From Octopus sinensis (taxonomy: Eukaryota), in the NCBI RefSeq assembly GCF_006345805.1, contig NC_042998.1:118234001-118298000 (forward strand): a stretch of DNA of 64,000 bases, in the 5' to 3' direction. The translations under genes and the position numbers were made by a program. Below are positions 40,481-54,656 of the stretch, piece after piece. Each line of letters opens with the position of its first letter. Position 1 is the first letter of the stretch. The notes below the pieces were generated by a model. It saw nothing but the letters and a program-made list of their open reading frames with translations. It did no database searches and had not been told where the DNA came from.

Positions 40481-43400
40481 CTATGTTTGACTTTTGCTTT
40501 ATATTTGTGCAAGTTGACTCCAAGTCTCACCCAGAGACCTCAAGAGACAACAGGGTTGGATGTTCATGTTGTTGTTATGCCTAGTGTGCCATATATTTGG
40601 GGGGTGGGGGTGTTGTACTAATGAATGTCTAAAAAAAAGTTGTTTTTTTTTTTTTAAACCGAAAAGTATGTTTGTTTTAAACCTTGAGATTACATAGAAA
40701 GTATTTTGCGTAGGAAATGAGCAGTTCCTATGAGCACTATCTTTTGAATTTCTGCCATTTTGGGGTTTCCTGGTATCTGAGTTAGGTAGCTATCAGCCCC
40801 TTTTGCTATCATTCCCAGGGCACCTATGACAACAGGTATTGTTTTAGTCTTCAGCTTCCACATTTTGCTGATTTCTATTTCAAGATCTTTATATTTGCTC
40901 AGTTTTTGGTAGGTCTTGACAGATACCTTTATATCGATTGGGACAGTCATATCAATGAGGAGGCATGTTCTTTGTTTGAAGTCTTTCAATATGATGTCTG
41001 GCCTATTTGCATCTATATTTCTGTCAGTTGAATGGTGAAGTTCCAGAGGAGTGAGATGTGGTCATTTTCAAGCACTGGGGGTGGTTTGTGTTCCCACCAG
41101 TTTTTTTCATGGGGCAAATCCAGGTTTTTACAGATTACCCAGTGAATGTATTGTGCAGCTCTATCGTGCCTGTTGAGATACTCTGTAGGCGCTAGAAGAC
41201 TGCACTTGGAGACCACATGGTCAATGGTTTCATTTTGTTGCTTGCATACACGACACGTTAGACTGCTTCTGATCTTTAATATGTTGGCCTGGTAGTTTCT
41301 TGTTGGTAGGCATTGATCTTGAGCTGCTATGATAAACCCCTCTGTTTCAGATTTTAAGCCAGAGGCCATTAGCCATTGATGGGTCAGGGCTTTGTCAACA
41401 TCTGCATTATTTGCTCTCTTTGGGTATTTGCCATAAAGAGGTTTTTCTTGCCATTTATCATTCAGAATATCTAAGGCCGCAGATTTAGCACGGGTTTTCA
41501 TGCGCTTGGCTTTTTCTGTGCCTGTTTCTTGTATGTCTATCTCTAATTCCGAAATTTGTTGTATTCGGAATTCACTTAGATATTCCTTTGCCTGTTTTGT
41601 TACTGAGTATGATGCTTTCTTGTTTTCATGTTTTGAGAGAAGTTTTAACATCCAGTCCTCAGAGTTTTTCAGGTAGGTGTCTAGGCCAATTGTAGCAATC
41701 TTCATTGTCACTGCCAGTTGTAAAAGTCCACGGCCTCCCTCTTTTCTTGGCAGATAAAGTCGCTCTGTATCTGCCTTAGGGTGGTGCATTCTATGCATTG
41801 TCAACAGTTTTCGTATTTTTCTGTCAAGATTACATATTTCAGTAATTGACCAGTTAACGATACTGAAACTGTAAGTCACGACTGGTATGGCTAATGCATT
41901 GATCGCTTCGATCCTGTTTCTCGCATTTAGCTCTGTCTTGAGTATTGCTCTTACTCTGCGATAGCATTCTCTCCTGACCCTTTCCTTCATCTCTGAATGT
42001 CTTATTCCTTCTCCTTCAATTACCCCTAGATACTTGTAGTTCTCTGCTGGGTCTAATTCTTTTATGACATTCTGCTGATCAAGGTTAACGTTAGATGTTT
42101 CTGTCATTTTTCCTTTGATAAAGGTAGCTTTTGCGCATTTATCGAGGCCAAATTGCATTCTGATGTCATCACTGAATTGTTTGACAATCGCTAGTAAGCC
42201 CTTGAGTTGTTGGTCATTTTTTGCAAAGAGCTTTAAATCATCCATGTAAATGAGATGATTTATATTTTTATCAAACATTTTATATCCGTACTCCGCGTCA
42301 TTGAGCTGTTTTGAGAGAGGTATTAAGGCTAAACAGAAGAGGAGCGGTGATAGTGAGTCACCCTGGAAAATGCCACATGAAATTTTTACATCACCAGCAT
42401 TTAGAGATTCATTGTCACTGTTCAAAGTTAGTGTGGTTCTCCATGATCTCATACTTACAGACAAAAAGTTTCGCAGAGCAGGTGCTATCTTATACATTTC
42501 TAGGCATTTATTAATCCAGCTATGTGGTAGGCTATCAAAAGCCTTTTTATAGTCTAGCCAGGCTATTGATAAGTTTTTGTGTCGTTTGTGACAATCTTCT
42601 AAGATCATCTTATTGATGAGTAGTTGATCTTTACAACCGTAGGATCCACGTTTACATCATTTCTGTTCATTAGGGAATATGCTGCTGTCTGTCAAAAAAC
42701 TATAGGTATATTCCGTCAGGACAGATGTTAGTGTTTTATACATAGTTGTTAAGCAGGTTATGGGTCTATAGTTTTTGGGTTCATTTGTTTCTTCACTTTT
42801 TGGAAGCAGGAATGTTAACCCATTAACTAGCCAAGGAGGCATCCTACTAGGGTGTTGCAAAACATCATTGTAAAGTTCTGCTATCAGTTCATGGCTCTCT
42901 GGGAAGGCATTCAACCAAAAGTTAGGGATTTTATCCTTTCCTGGAGACTTCCATTTGCTTGACCTCCTGAGAGCAGATCTTATATCTTCTACCTTGACAC
43001 CCTCCCACTTTTGCTCTTCTAAGGAGTCCAGTTCTTTAGATATTATATCAATCCAGGGGGCCTTTTCGCTGTGTGTTTTTTCTTCTGCCCAAATTTTATT
43101 CCAAAATCCCTGCACTTCTTCTTTTGATGGTACAGACTTTACAGTAACTGTTGTTTTTCCTATCTTCCTGTAAAAATGTTTGGGGTTATTTTTGAACATG
43201 TTGTTGTCCCTGAAGAATCTAATACGCTTTTCATACCTCGCTATGCGGGCAGCTTTAGCAGATACCTTTTGTTTGATGGTCTCTATGGTGGCATCAATAT
43301 CAAGTATAGTTTTCATATTATATTTTTTCATTAGTTTTTGGGTTTTTGCAGGTTTGGTAGTCTTATGAACCTTAAGGTTTTTCAAATATTCAATGTCAGA

Positions 43401-44327
43401 TCTAAATAGTTTAATTTGTTGTTTCAAACGCTCTTGCCAAGAAGACTTTTTGTGGAAATGTTGCCGTTTTCTAATCTTTTCACCACATAGGATTGTTGAG
43501 ATTTTCGCGGATGCATAGTATAGGTGGTTGAGATCTGTGATATCAACATCATTAGCTGAAATTATATCCTTAAGTGCAAGCCGGATTTTACCAATTATTT
43601 TCATGTTTTGGTTAGATTTGCGTATTTTAGGGAGTGTATCACGTTCATCCATACTGGTTTCTTTAATTTTCATCCATTCAATCATGATTTGACTTTTTAG
43701 CTCATGTAGTTCTGTCGGGTCAATATTTGTGTGACTTTCTTCATCTATTAGATGTTCATCTGTCTTAGTGTTTCTATTTGGTTCAGGGAGTATTTCACTT
43801 TGCCTATCACTTATACTAACTCTTTCAATCCTCACTTCGTTTGTATTAGCTCTGAGCTGGTCTATAATTATTTCCTTTGTATTATCTTCTTTAGCTGCAG
43901 CTTCGTTCATTCTATCCGTTACTGCTTGTTTAATTTGATCAATCTCTACTTCAGTCAGTAATTTTTTTTTATAATGTTTCTTTGTATGTTTTTTATAATG
44001 TTTCTTTGTATGTTTCTTTTGTATAGTTTGTATAGTGTAGGTTTGTATAGTGTTCGATTTATCTGTGGGGAAATATATGGCATGATAGAAGGCTGCAAGA
44101 ACTTCTTTATTATCTTCTCTAGTCCATTTTTCCTTCTGTTTCTTTTGAGTGTTTGGTGACGAGCATGGATGGCCATCTGTTGGAATATTCCAGTTGCGGG
44201 GTACGTCCAGCTCCTGTGTGTCGGGAAGATTTGATCCAGTAGCTGATTTTTCAATCAGACTTTGGTTCAATTTTCGAGTACGTGGTCTTTTGTAGTCCGC
44301 TCGTCGACCATCGCGGATTGTAGGTTG
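40481..44327 (-). mobile_element. Near full-length R4/Dong-clade LINE (family A) in (AAT)n
   Basis: ORFs 42657-44270 and 41013-42608 share a frame and are separated by a TGA (EQK*CKRGS). One frameshift near 41025. RT motifs NYRPITCL, DYKKAFDS, GIFQGDSLSP, YMDDLKL; zinc knuckle CRVCKQQNETIDHVVSKC; RHD and RPDII endonuclease motifs. (ATT)n on both flanks. Confidence 0.96.
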
Positions 44328-44338
44328 TTATTATTATA

Positions 44339-44409
<71 letters not shown>

Positions 44410-45817
44410 CATCATTTAACTATTATTATTGATATTTGTATAAATATGTGTATGTGTTTGAATGTACGTATGGATGCATTATCTATTTATATCTGTATTT
44501 GTCTGTTTGTATTTGTGTATGAGTGTATGTGTGTGAGAGAGAAAGAGAACGTAAGTGATTTTTAGTGTGTCTGTGTGTGTGCGTGCGTGTGTGTGTGTGT
44601 GTGTATGTGTGTATGCGACTCGTGAGGGAGCACATGTGTATAACTGATATTGTTGCGATTCACTATTGTTATGAATAATATCAACATTCTCAATGAGTGG
44701 GTAATAAATTAAATATCATTTTAATTAATCGTTTTTAGCTTTCAGTTTCACTTACTGAAACGTGTTCGCTGTCTCGATAACTATTCGCATTTAAAATTAC
44801 TTATCTTTTTCACTTAAGGACACACAGACTGGATATGTGTTAATAATATCTCATAGAAAGTTAACATAGTTAAAACACATTCATTTTCATATGTATGTTT
44901 ATTTTTGCTAAGTTAAAATACTCATTATCTTATATGATTTTATATTCTTTATAATCATACTGTGACTCCTAATTAAATATCTAACAATGTAGTAAGATTA
45001 GAGGAATTATTACCAATGCCTAGCGAACAGAATTACATGTTTGTGATATTTCTCAAATAGATATTAAATTTTGTTTCTTATAGAAATGCGTGCTTATACA
45101 TGTTTTTTGCTCTTCATGCAAATGAAAATGTATTCGTTAATTACATCAAACGTCTCACTTTGTTTTGCGATGCATTAGACTAACTTTTGCGATGCATTAG
45201 ACTAACTGATGACCTTTACTGCCAATGTCGAAAACCTGATTACTATAGAATTCTGCTTTTAAGATATTTATATGACAAAGCTTATTATTTTGTGATATAT
45301 CATATATCATCTTAATCGAGACCCCTACCGATTTTAGATGTTTATTTATTTCACCTAGAAATGAAATGTTCATCAAGATCATACAGAATTCAACTTCGAA
45401 AGCTAGATTATTGCTGTTGCTTTTTTCCTTTTGCTTTCTTGTTGTTTAGTTACGTAAGGTTCTTGGGTTTAAGAGATTATTACCATAGCATTCTAGCTGC
45501 AACCATTCTGTCTTCTCATTACGAACAATGTTCTACAAACAAAATTATATATAGTATACAATGAATGATGAGATTTATTATGTGCGAGTTGCAGCCGGTC
45601 GTTTTAGCTATCCGTCGTGGCGCTAAAACGAGTTATTTTTCATTTTGCGTTAGCAAACAATTCCATTAATTAAGAGAGCAAAGTGTACGTACGCCGCTAT
45701 ATGTTTTATATATAAAAAGTACAAAATGGGACAAGAACGCAAAACATTCTGATAGAAAACAGGGACGGGTAATTCGGAGTTTTCTTTCTTCAATCGAGTT
45801 CCAGATTATCTTTGCAA

Positions 45818-45864
<47 letters not shown>

Positions 45865-45867
<3 letters not shown>

Positions 45868-47100
45868 GTAATCCCATAAGGTCTGTCCTATTTTAAATAA
45901 CGAAAAGAAGTGGTCAGATGTTATATTTAATTGAAATTTAATCATCAATGTACTTTCCCTGATTATCAGTGCCTTCCTTCCATCTATTTACAAGCTTTTT
46001 AATCCCGTCAATGTAAAACTCTTTTGGTTTCAATGCGAAGAACTCTGAAATGTCAGTTTCGACCTCCTCCTGGCTTGCGAAAGTTGTGTCCCCCAAATGA
46101 CTGCATAAACTACAAAACAAATGGTAGTCTGAACGAGCAAGGACGCGAGAATTAGGTGGATGAGGAATGTATTCCCAACTAAGCTCTTCAATCTAATGTG
46201 ATGAGATCTGTGCAGTGTAGCATCGCGCATTATCCTGAGGAAACATCACTCCTTTCCGATTCACTAAAGTGGGGCTTTTTTATTCAAAGCTTGGTTCAAA
46301 CACTCTAATTGCTGACAGTAGACTTGAGTATTGATTGTTGTATTAGGTAGTAACAATTCAAAGTGAATTACTCCTTTGCAATCCCACCAGATAGACAGAA
46401 GAACCATTTTTCCATGAAGTTCCCTTCTCGGTTGTGGTTGAGCTATTTCCCTTTTACCAAGCCACTGTTTATGACGTCTAACATTTCGATAGAAAATCCA
46501 TTTTTCGTCACCAGTCACAAGTCTATCCAAAAAGGTTGAAATGAGTTCGCTAGAATGGAGAGAAGAGCAGATGTCAACTCGGGTTTTGCGGTTGCTTTCG
46601 GCCAATTTATGAGGCACCCGATTTCCAAGTTTAGGAAATTTTCCAAGTTATTGAGGATGACGATAAACAGTTGCATGGTTTGATCTATGCTTTATTGCCA
46701 ATTCTTCAATTGATAATGCAGACTTTTTTGCAAGCAATGCCTCAAAGAGCTTATCAGCAAAATCAAATGGACGTCCTGTTCAATCTTTACCTTCAACGCT
46801 GAAAATCTCCACTTTTGAATTTCGCAAACCATCTTTTGCAAGTTCTTTCATTCAAGCATTCTTTCCCACAAACTGAGTTTATGTTCCGAGTCGCTTCGGC
46901 TGCAGAGTTTCCTTTTTTGTACTCACAAAGCATTATGTGCCTTAAATGGTCTTTAGATACTTCCATGTTAGAAAGGGTTTTAATCAAACAAATTTTAATT
47001 CTAGCTTAATTGTACACAAAGGCATAAAAATAATTTTTAATTCCATTAAACATTCTAAAATACTATTAAATTTCATAGGACAGAACTTATGGGATGACCT
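45865..47100 (-). mobile_element. Mariner (DD34D-type) transposon, full length but decayed
   Basis: Inverted ends AGGT(A/C)ATCCCATAAG(G/T)TCTGTCCTA. Transposase motifs: HLRHIML, TCKRWFAKF, VTGDEKWIFY, VLLSIWWD, QDNAR and SDYHLF. Confidence 0.92.
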
Positions 47101-47104
47101 ACAC

Positions 47105-47870
47105 AAAAGATAAATACAGTCGATGTAGAAAACAAACAGATGTATTAGTATAACGCTCGGGAATTGAAAAAAGTCTGTAATGTTTCGAGCCTACGTTCTT
47201 CCATAGAAAGGAACACAGAAAGAAACAAGGATGGAGGAAATGTGTGGAGTGACTATCAAGCTACCATGTCGAATGCCGGACTGAAGGGTCACAGGAGAAC
47301 TAAGAAGAAGGGGAGATAACAAATTAGAAGTGAACCCAAAACAAAGGTGCGCATGTTTGTAAGGGAGTACGTATGTGCGTGTGAAAGAAGGCTGGTGATC
47401 TTGACGTGTGCGTGTGTGTATGTGTAGGTGTGAAAATGTGGGGATCTGAATTTGTCAGTGTGTTGTGTGCGTGGTGTGTTGTGTGGTGTGGTATGATGGT
47501 GTTGGGAGATGGCTAGGCGAGCGTGGGGAAAGCACGGGTGGAGCGTGGGTTAGACTGAGGGTGGGGTAGAGGTGGGATATGTGGGTAGGCCGAGGGTGGG
47601 TAGAGGTGAGGTATGTGGGTGAGGGTGTAAGGGATTGGGTGGTTTGGGATGGGACGGATAGGGAAGTTGTGGTAGGAAGGAGAGTTGACCCCATGTGGCG
47701 CAAAGGAGCGAAAAGAGATGACTAATCCCTGTTCACGTCGCAAACGGGAGTTAGGATGGCCCCTGTGCAAGGACAATACGAACACGGACAGGTGTTGCAA
47801 AGATTGACCGGTAGAGCGGAAATGGCGTGAGACCGGGGTGTCATTGCTGTGGCGGATATCTCAGAGGTGG
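47105..47870 (-). mobile_element. Penelope-like 3' fragment (GIY-YIG C-terminus plus terminal repeat)
   Basis: DIRHSNDTPVSRHFRSTGQSLQHLSVFVL...REQGLVISFRSFAPHGVN. Decayed hammerhead at about 47178-47212. Confidence 0.75.
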
Positions 47871-47956
47871 TAAAATTATATATATGTATATCTATATATA
47901 TATGTATATGTATATATATATATTATATATATATATATATATGCATACATGTATGC

Positions 47957-47992
<36 letters not shown>

Positions 47993-48232
47993 ATGTATTT
48001 ACATACATATATATAATTTTAGCAGTCAACTGCAGAAAAAGTAGCAAGAATGAAATCAATGACGAACATATTCAATCAATCTCTGCCGTATTCGTTCCAA
48101 CAGATTCAAATACAGCAGTAATTAGCATATTGATGATTGTACCTACCGGAAGGTTTTAAGAATGACATTGCACATCGCTCTTCCTTTTATTTTTTGTTGT
48201 TTTCTTTTTCTTTTCTTTTATTATTATTATTA

Positions 48233-48266
<34 letters not shown>

Positions 48267-48984
48267 GTGATCTTTGGTATTTTCCTTGCAGGGTATGATT
48301 TAATAGCGTTTTGGAGGACATCACCACTTATCATCAAATAATGTTTACTAATTTCCATAAAAAAGAGCCGAAATGCTGGTGTAGGTTTATTGATGCGAGT
48401 GTAGGTTTGATTGAAGAGACACAACCAGGTTGAAATTAATCGAGTGTGTTGTCAACACACATTGTCTACAAGAAAAAGTTGTCCTCTACAGACAAAACAC
48501 AGCACTGATTAGCATATTTACGTCGAATATACCGGAAAATAATAAGAATAAATATGTACATCAATTTCTTGACGTTCTCTGTTGTCCGTGCACATGAATA
48601 TTTATTATGAATCATACTATCAATTGCTAAAAGATATTATTATACAATAACATGAGTTAATATTAGTTTCATACTAAATTATATTGAATTCGCTATTATT
48701 TGTGTGTTTGTACCTGTATATTTGTATATGTGGGAGCAACTACGCAATTGCTATGTGCGCAAGAATAGCACCTATATTTAATTCATTTGGAATTCGATCA
48801 TGTGCAAATTGTGTTTAGGAATATGAAGAAGAATTATTGATGTAGAATAACCTAATACAAAAATGCCTCATTTTCATATGATAATAACTTAAAATTGAAA
48901 GTATTTGGAAGATTTTAATATATAGCATATATTTATTGTACAATACATGCTTATATGCAAAACATTATGAGTCTAGAGGTTTTC

Positions 48985-49024
<40 letters not shown>

Positions 49025-50178
49025 GTGTGTATTTACATAGAAGCTTATTGTACATATAAACGTGTAAAGAGAAAAGATGTGAACTTTGACATTAAAATTT
49101 ACGAAATGCCAAATAATGACAAAAAATGTTATATTTATTGTTCATATAGTCAGCTGGTGTGAATCAAATAAGATATTTTATCTGATAGAAAAAATAATAA
49201 AATCTATGTATCTTAAATATTATTGATTTTCGAAATATATTGTTTTAGTTGTATATGTGTTATTCTAATATTGTTGTCACGTACAATCATGAAATCTCAC
49301 ATAAATTTATTTCCTACTTCAAACACATTTATTCTAGTAACAAAAGTCAGTAACAAAAGCCGTACATAACATTCATTTATCCAAAATTTTAGTTGTCAGA
49401 CTGTTCCATTAAGCTATGTAACTAAGTGTTATCTGAATTTTCTTACTATATATCATTATTGTATGTTATCATTTCTTAAACTTGAGGCACAAATTTATTT
49501 CACCAATAGTTTGATCGAGATTTTCAACGACAATTGACAATTCAAGAGCGAAAATTCAGATGGATTTTTAGTTATTTTCTGCTATAAAAGCTTTCTTTTT
49601 AAATGTGTCCTACATCCCTGTATCAAACAGACAGAGCGTTATACAAATGATAATGAAATATACAACTCTATAATAATGAAATGCTGTTCATAATCTTTGC
49701 AGAGGTTCGCAAAAGATGATTGTTAATATTGCAATAATTCATAAAATCATAAACGACGAATTTTAATAATACAACGCTTTAGTTTTCCTAAATTTCATTT
49801 TACGTGCGTTGTATCATTGCATTGATTTTTGGTTTCATTTTTGCAAAAGTAAAGCGCCCAGAATTATACTTCCCATGTTTATGAATTTCTATAAAACATA
49901 CTACAGCTGTCAACTAATGTTTTTCAAATTTTATTTCATGTAGTCTAGTATTATGAGTTGAACTGCCTGGTTAGCTTCTAAGAACGTGTCATACACGTTG
50001 CCAGCTCAACATGTGGATCATGAACTATGCAATATATAGATTCAAATTTTATGTTACGTGGGAAGTATGACCTGTTTATTAGTGGATAACTTGGTGCTGA
50101 AAAGAATAATTTTCAATTTGCTTTGTTTAATATCTCTAACAATTGCGTTATATATGTGTGTGTATCTATGTGCCTGTG

Positions 50179-50227
<49 letters not shown>

Positions 50228-50265
50228 TATATAAATTTATGTATACGTACGTATATGTACACATA

Positions 50266-50339
<74 letters not shown>

Positions 50340-50340
<1 letters not shown>

Positions 50341-51428
50341 AACTAGTCAAATGTCACCAGTGGTTTCCCTCGGTGGACTATCTTGGGCCCGCTTCTCTTT
50401 ATAGTCTATATAAACGAACTTTCCACCGTGGTAAAGCAGAGCAAAATGAAAATATTCGCAGATGACTCTAATCTCCAGAAAATTATGAATGAAGAAGAAG
50501 AACGAACTGAACTCTAGTCTGATCTACATGATGTGAATCAATGGGTAGATAAAACCAAATGTGACTAAACGAGGGAAAATTTGAACTGATGCATTTTGGA
50601 AGAAAGTCTGTACTAAAACAGCTATACGCTCCTCCTTCTGTGGAACTACTCATAGCATCTAATAATATCGCAAACCTAGAAGTAATTGTTGATAACAATC
50701 TCAGGTAGATTATCCACATCAACATTAACGTCGATATAACTCGTAAGATGAGCTCCTGCATCCTAAGAACCTTCCGATCCAGAGAACAAGATGTCATCAG
50801 TCTTCTTTTCTCATTTTTTGTACGGCCACACCTCGAATACCGCTGCCCCCTGTCATCTTGCTATACAAAAGAAAACATTTAAGAAACTGAATCACCTCTA
50901 GATGTCTTTCCCTAAAAGAATGAAGAGCATGACTGATCTTAATTATTGGGATTGCTTTAATGCACCGGAACAATATTCTTTCCAGTGCCGTCGTAAGCTA
51001 TACGTCATTTGCACTGTATAGAGATTATACCACAAGCATTGCCCGAACGAACTCAACATTAGCTTCAAAATTCATCGAAGGGTAGGACCACGTGCCATAC
51101 GTCCCCTACCCAACACAGAAATACAGTGCAACACAATTACTTTTCGCCCTACAGGCTCTTCCCTATCTAGCATTGTCCCGAAAAGGATCAAAGAAAAAAG
51201 AGAATCACATCATCTTTAAACGTAACCTGGACACATTTCTTCAAGGAATTCCAGATAAGCCACTCTTACCTGAATACAACTCACACAACAAGAACACCCT
51301 ACTCGAGTGGCCCATGGTACCACAAAACTTGACTTTAAAAAGATTTAGGTAATCCCATGAGGTGGTACTATTAAAGCAGATATGGCCTGGACCAGCCTTT
51401 AATCGAAACATATCTAAGTTTTCTGAGT
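50340..51428 (+). mobile_element. CR1/L2-group LINE 3' fragment including RT motifs
   Basis: [16 protein letters not shown]...KIFADDS and RPHLEYRCP. Same 3' end as the 32640 copy. (TA)n on both sides. Confidence 0.85.
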
Positions 51429-51448
51429 TATATATATACATGTATGTT

Positions 51449-51522
<74 letters not shown>

Positions 51523-51664
51523 TACACATATATATGTATGTATACGCACATATATATATATATTGTAGATAGAGAGATAGATATATAGACACAACCATTA
51601 CGTAGTAGAGATGAGATTGTGATATATATGTTTAAATATATATATATATAATATATATATATAT

Positions 51665-52037
51665 AAGTTCAGCAAAAATTTAGAATCAAATAAATATGGT
51701 ATTTAATTTAGATGCACCAGTATTTCGTATGGTGTTATTCATAAAAATTTGTGGGGTGATTATAATCAAAATAAGCAACAAGAATGAGTCCGGTAATTTG
51801 GTACAATCGTTTCGTACTACATCATTTTATTAAATGTTGTAAGTATTACAACAGATTTAAGATGCTGATATACTATGTATATCTGTATATGTCTGTATAT
51901 CTACCTTCTCTATAATGTTGCCACTTGATTTGAAAACTTTTGTATTAATGGAAAATCTCTATAATTGGCTGATGAGTACTCAGCATCTTAAATCTGTTGT
52001 AATACTTACATTTAATAAAATGATGTAGTACGAAACG
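51665..52037. mobile_element. Penelope-like terminal repeat with an inverted duplication and a split hammerhead
   Basis: Inverted arms at 51808-51868 and 51980-52037. CTGATGA at 51969-51975; GAAAC in both arms. Confidence 0.6.
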
Positions 52038-53619
52038 TAGATATAAGTCTTTATCAAAATAGTTTTATATTCTATAATTTTCACAGACAATAAATACAAT
52101 ATTAATTGTTATTGTCTGAGATGTTGGTGTAATTTGAGACGATAATACAAAAGTTATAGATGATTTAGTGATTTACTGCAAAACCCATGGCAGCCAAAAT
52201 GATCAGAACGTTTGAAAAAATAACAAAATAATCAAAAATGACAGAGAATACTGGAATTATTTCGTATTTAGTGTGAAGCCCTTTAGCTTCAATCGCACTC
52301 TGACATCTTCGACTGCATGAGGAAATTAAATTTTCAATTTCTTGCTGGGTGATCTTATTCCATTCTTCCTGAAGGGCATTCCATAATTGCTCAGTTGTTT
52401 TAGGATTTCTGGCTTTCGAACGCTCTCCTAGAATATTCCATACATTTTCAATATGATTGAGATCTGGGCTTTGAGCAGGCCAATCCATAACAATAACCTT
52501 TTCAGCCTTGAGGAAGTTCATGATCACCTTAGCCTTATGACATGGGGCATTGTCCTGCATGAATATGGGTGGTCGCTTAGTTGTATTTCTCAGCACAGGC
52601 AAGACATGATCTTCTACAAGTTTTTTATAAGCTCCTGCATTTACCTTTCCATATAATCGCACCAAAGGGCCCACGCTATCTCCAGATATCATCCCCCAAA
52701 CCATAACACTTCCTCCACCGAATTTAACACTAGTCTTAAGGCATTTAGGCGACAAGTTTTCACCTACTTTTCTACGGACGTACCTTTTGCCATCTGAGCC
52801 AAATAACATAAACTTAGATTCATCACTGAAATGCACAATTTGCCATTTTCTTGAGACCACAACACATATTCGGTTGCAAAGGTAAGACGGCACTTTTTAT
52901 TCTTGGTGCTGATCAGTGGCTTCACTGCAGGTGCTCTTGATTGTAGGTCATGTTCAACTAAACGACGAGACACAGTTTTTCGAGATAAAGTTTTCTTCAA
53001 TACAATGCTCATTTTCCGAGAAACAGCAGCGGCAGTTTTAAATCTGTTCTTTTTTAACCAACTTTACCATAGCACGATCTTCTCACTTGGTCGTTTTTCT
53101 TGGCCTACCTGTAAACTTTCTTGCTTCACACGGACCACAATCATAGTAGACCTTAAGAATACCGTGTACAACACTTTTTGACTTGTTAACAATCTTTGCA
53201 ATAGATCCAATACTTAAATTATCCTTCCTTCGAAGCTTAATAATCTGCAGACGAATTGGTAACGGAGTAAGTGGCATTATATTAAGAAAGTACACTGCAA
53301 ATATTCTTACTAATGTTTAGTAAACGAACCGTCACGTAAACAAATTCAAAACATTAGAGTTCGCCGGTTGAATATACTAAAACACGGAGTAAAAGCAACC
53401 GTTCTGACCATTTTGGCCGCCATGGGTTTTGCAGTAAATCACTAAATCATCCGTAACTTTTGTATTATCCTCTCAATTTACACTAAAATCTCAGGCAATA
53501 ACAAATTATATCGTATTTATTGTCTGTGAAAATTATAGAATATAAAACAACTTTGATAAAAAGTTATATCTACTTTTCTGACGAACACAATGCCGTTCTC
53601 AACATTTTGGCCGCCACTG
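52037..53619 (-). mobile_element. Tc1 (DD34E) transposon with long IR/DR-type termini; left terminus truncated
   Basis: FSDESKF, GGGSVMVWG and MQD-34 aa-E (PDLNHIENVW). Inverted repeats of about 200 bp. The right repeat has ATTTTGGCCGCCA twice and ends CACTG|TA. One nonsense codon and one frameshift. Confidence 0.93.
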
Positions 53620-54162
53620 TATATATATATATATATTCATAAGTATATTTATATCATTGTATGTATGCATGTATTACAATTTCTATGTATGTGTATTTGT
53701 GTTTGTGTGTGTGTCTGTGTGTTTACAACTACATCTGCAAGTATATCATATAGAACGGGGTATGATTGTTATTTTAATAATGTAATATAACAAAGTTTAT
53801 TGAATATAACGATAACATTTCTATACATATTTGCTATAGAATCTGATTCGCGTGTACAATTAAATGTGCGTGGTGATTCATTTCAATAAACTATTGTAAT
53901 ATTAAAATATATATATGTTACCTATATGCAATTTCCTCAGGTAGTATATATTTTGTTCAGGTCAGTAGATCTATCAACAAATATAATTTTAAAATGTTAT
54001 ATTTTCGCTTCACCTGTACCATATACAATAAATTCTGGTTTGAAAGATTTACTGATAAACAATAACACAATAAATCTATGTAGGATAATGAGAAAATATA
54101 ACCCATAACATACGTAGACAGTGAAACATGTGTAAGTCAATAAGTACCTATGGAGCTCTCAG

Positions 54163-54335
54163 GTAAGGAGGCATACTGAAAAGTTCCTGGCTCTAAAAGT
54201 ACCTCGAAAGGCATGATTGGAGGCCCAAACGCCCGAGCTACTTTACAGGGGTTAGAAAATCTGAAGGACTGCAACAAGTGTGTGAATTTGAGAGGGGATT
54301 ATAGTGAATAAAATCATAAGTAACTGATCCTCGTA
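54163..54335 (+). mobile_element. Short mariner-derived non-autonomous element
   Basis: Begins GAGGCATACTGAAAAGTTCC, contains a CAACAAGTGTGTG...GGGGATTAT transposase-end remnant, and ends CCTCGTA. Confidence 0.5.
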
Positions 54336-54351
54336 TATAAATATATATATG

Positions 54352-54383
<32 letters not shown>

Positions 54384-54621
54384 ATATTATATATATATAA
54401 TATATATATATATAATATATATATATAAATATATATATAAAATAATATGCACTTATGCACATAAAGATATATATAAAGACATATGAACATACACTATACT
54501 GACACTCATATACGTATAAACTTGGATGTACAAGTATACATATACGCATAAATGTATATATCCGTGTACGTGTATATGTATGTATGTGTGTGTGTGTGTG
54601 TCTGTCTGTGTGTGTGTGTGT

Positions 54622-54656
<35 letters not shown>

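Noticed and set aside
47520-47680. G-rich tract with quadruplex potential
   Set aside because: It is the complement of the pyrimidine-rich 3' region of the Penelope-like fragment; nothing points to a separate function.
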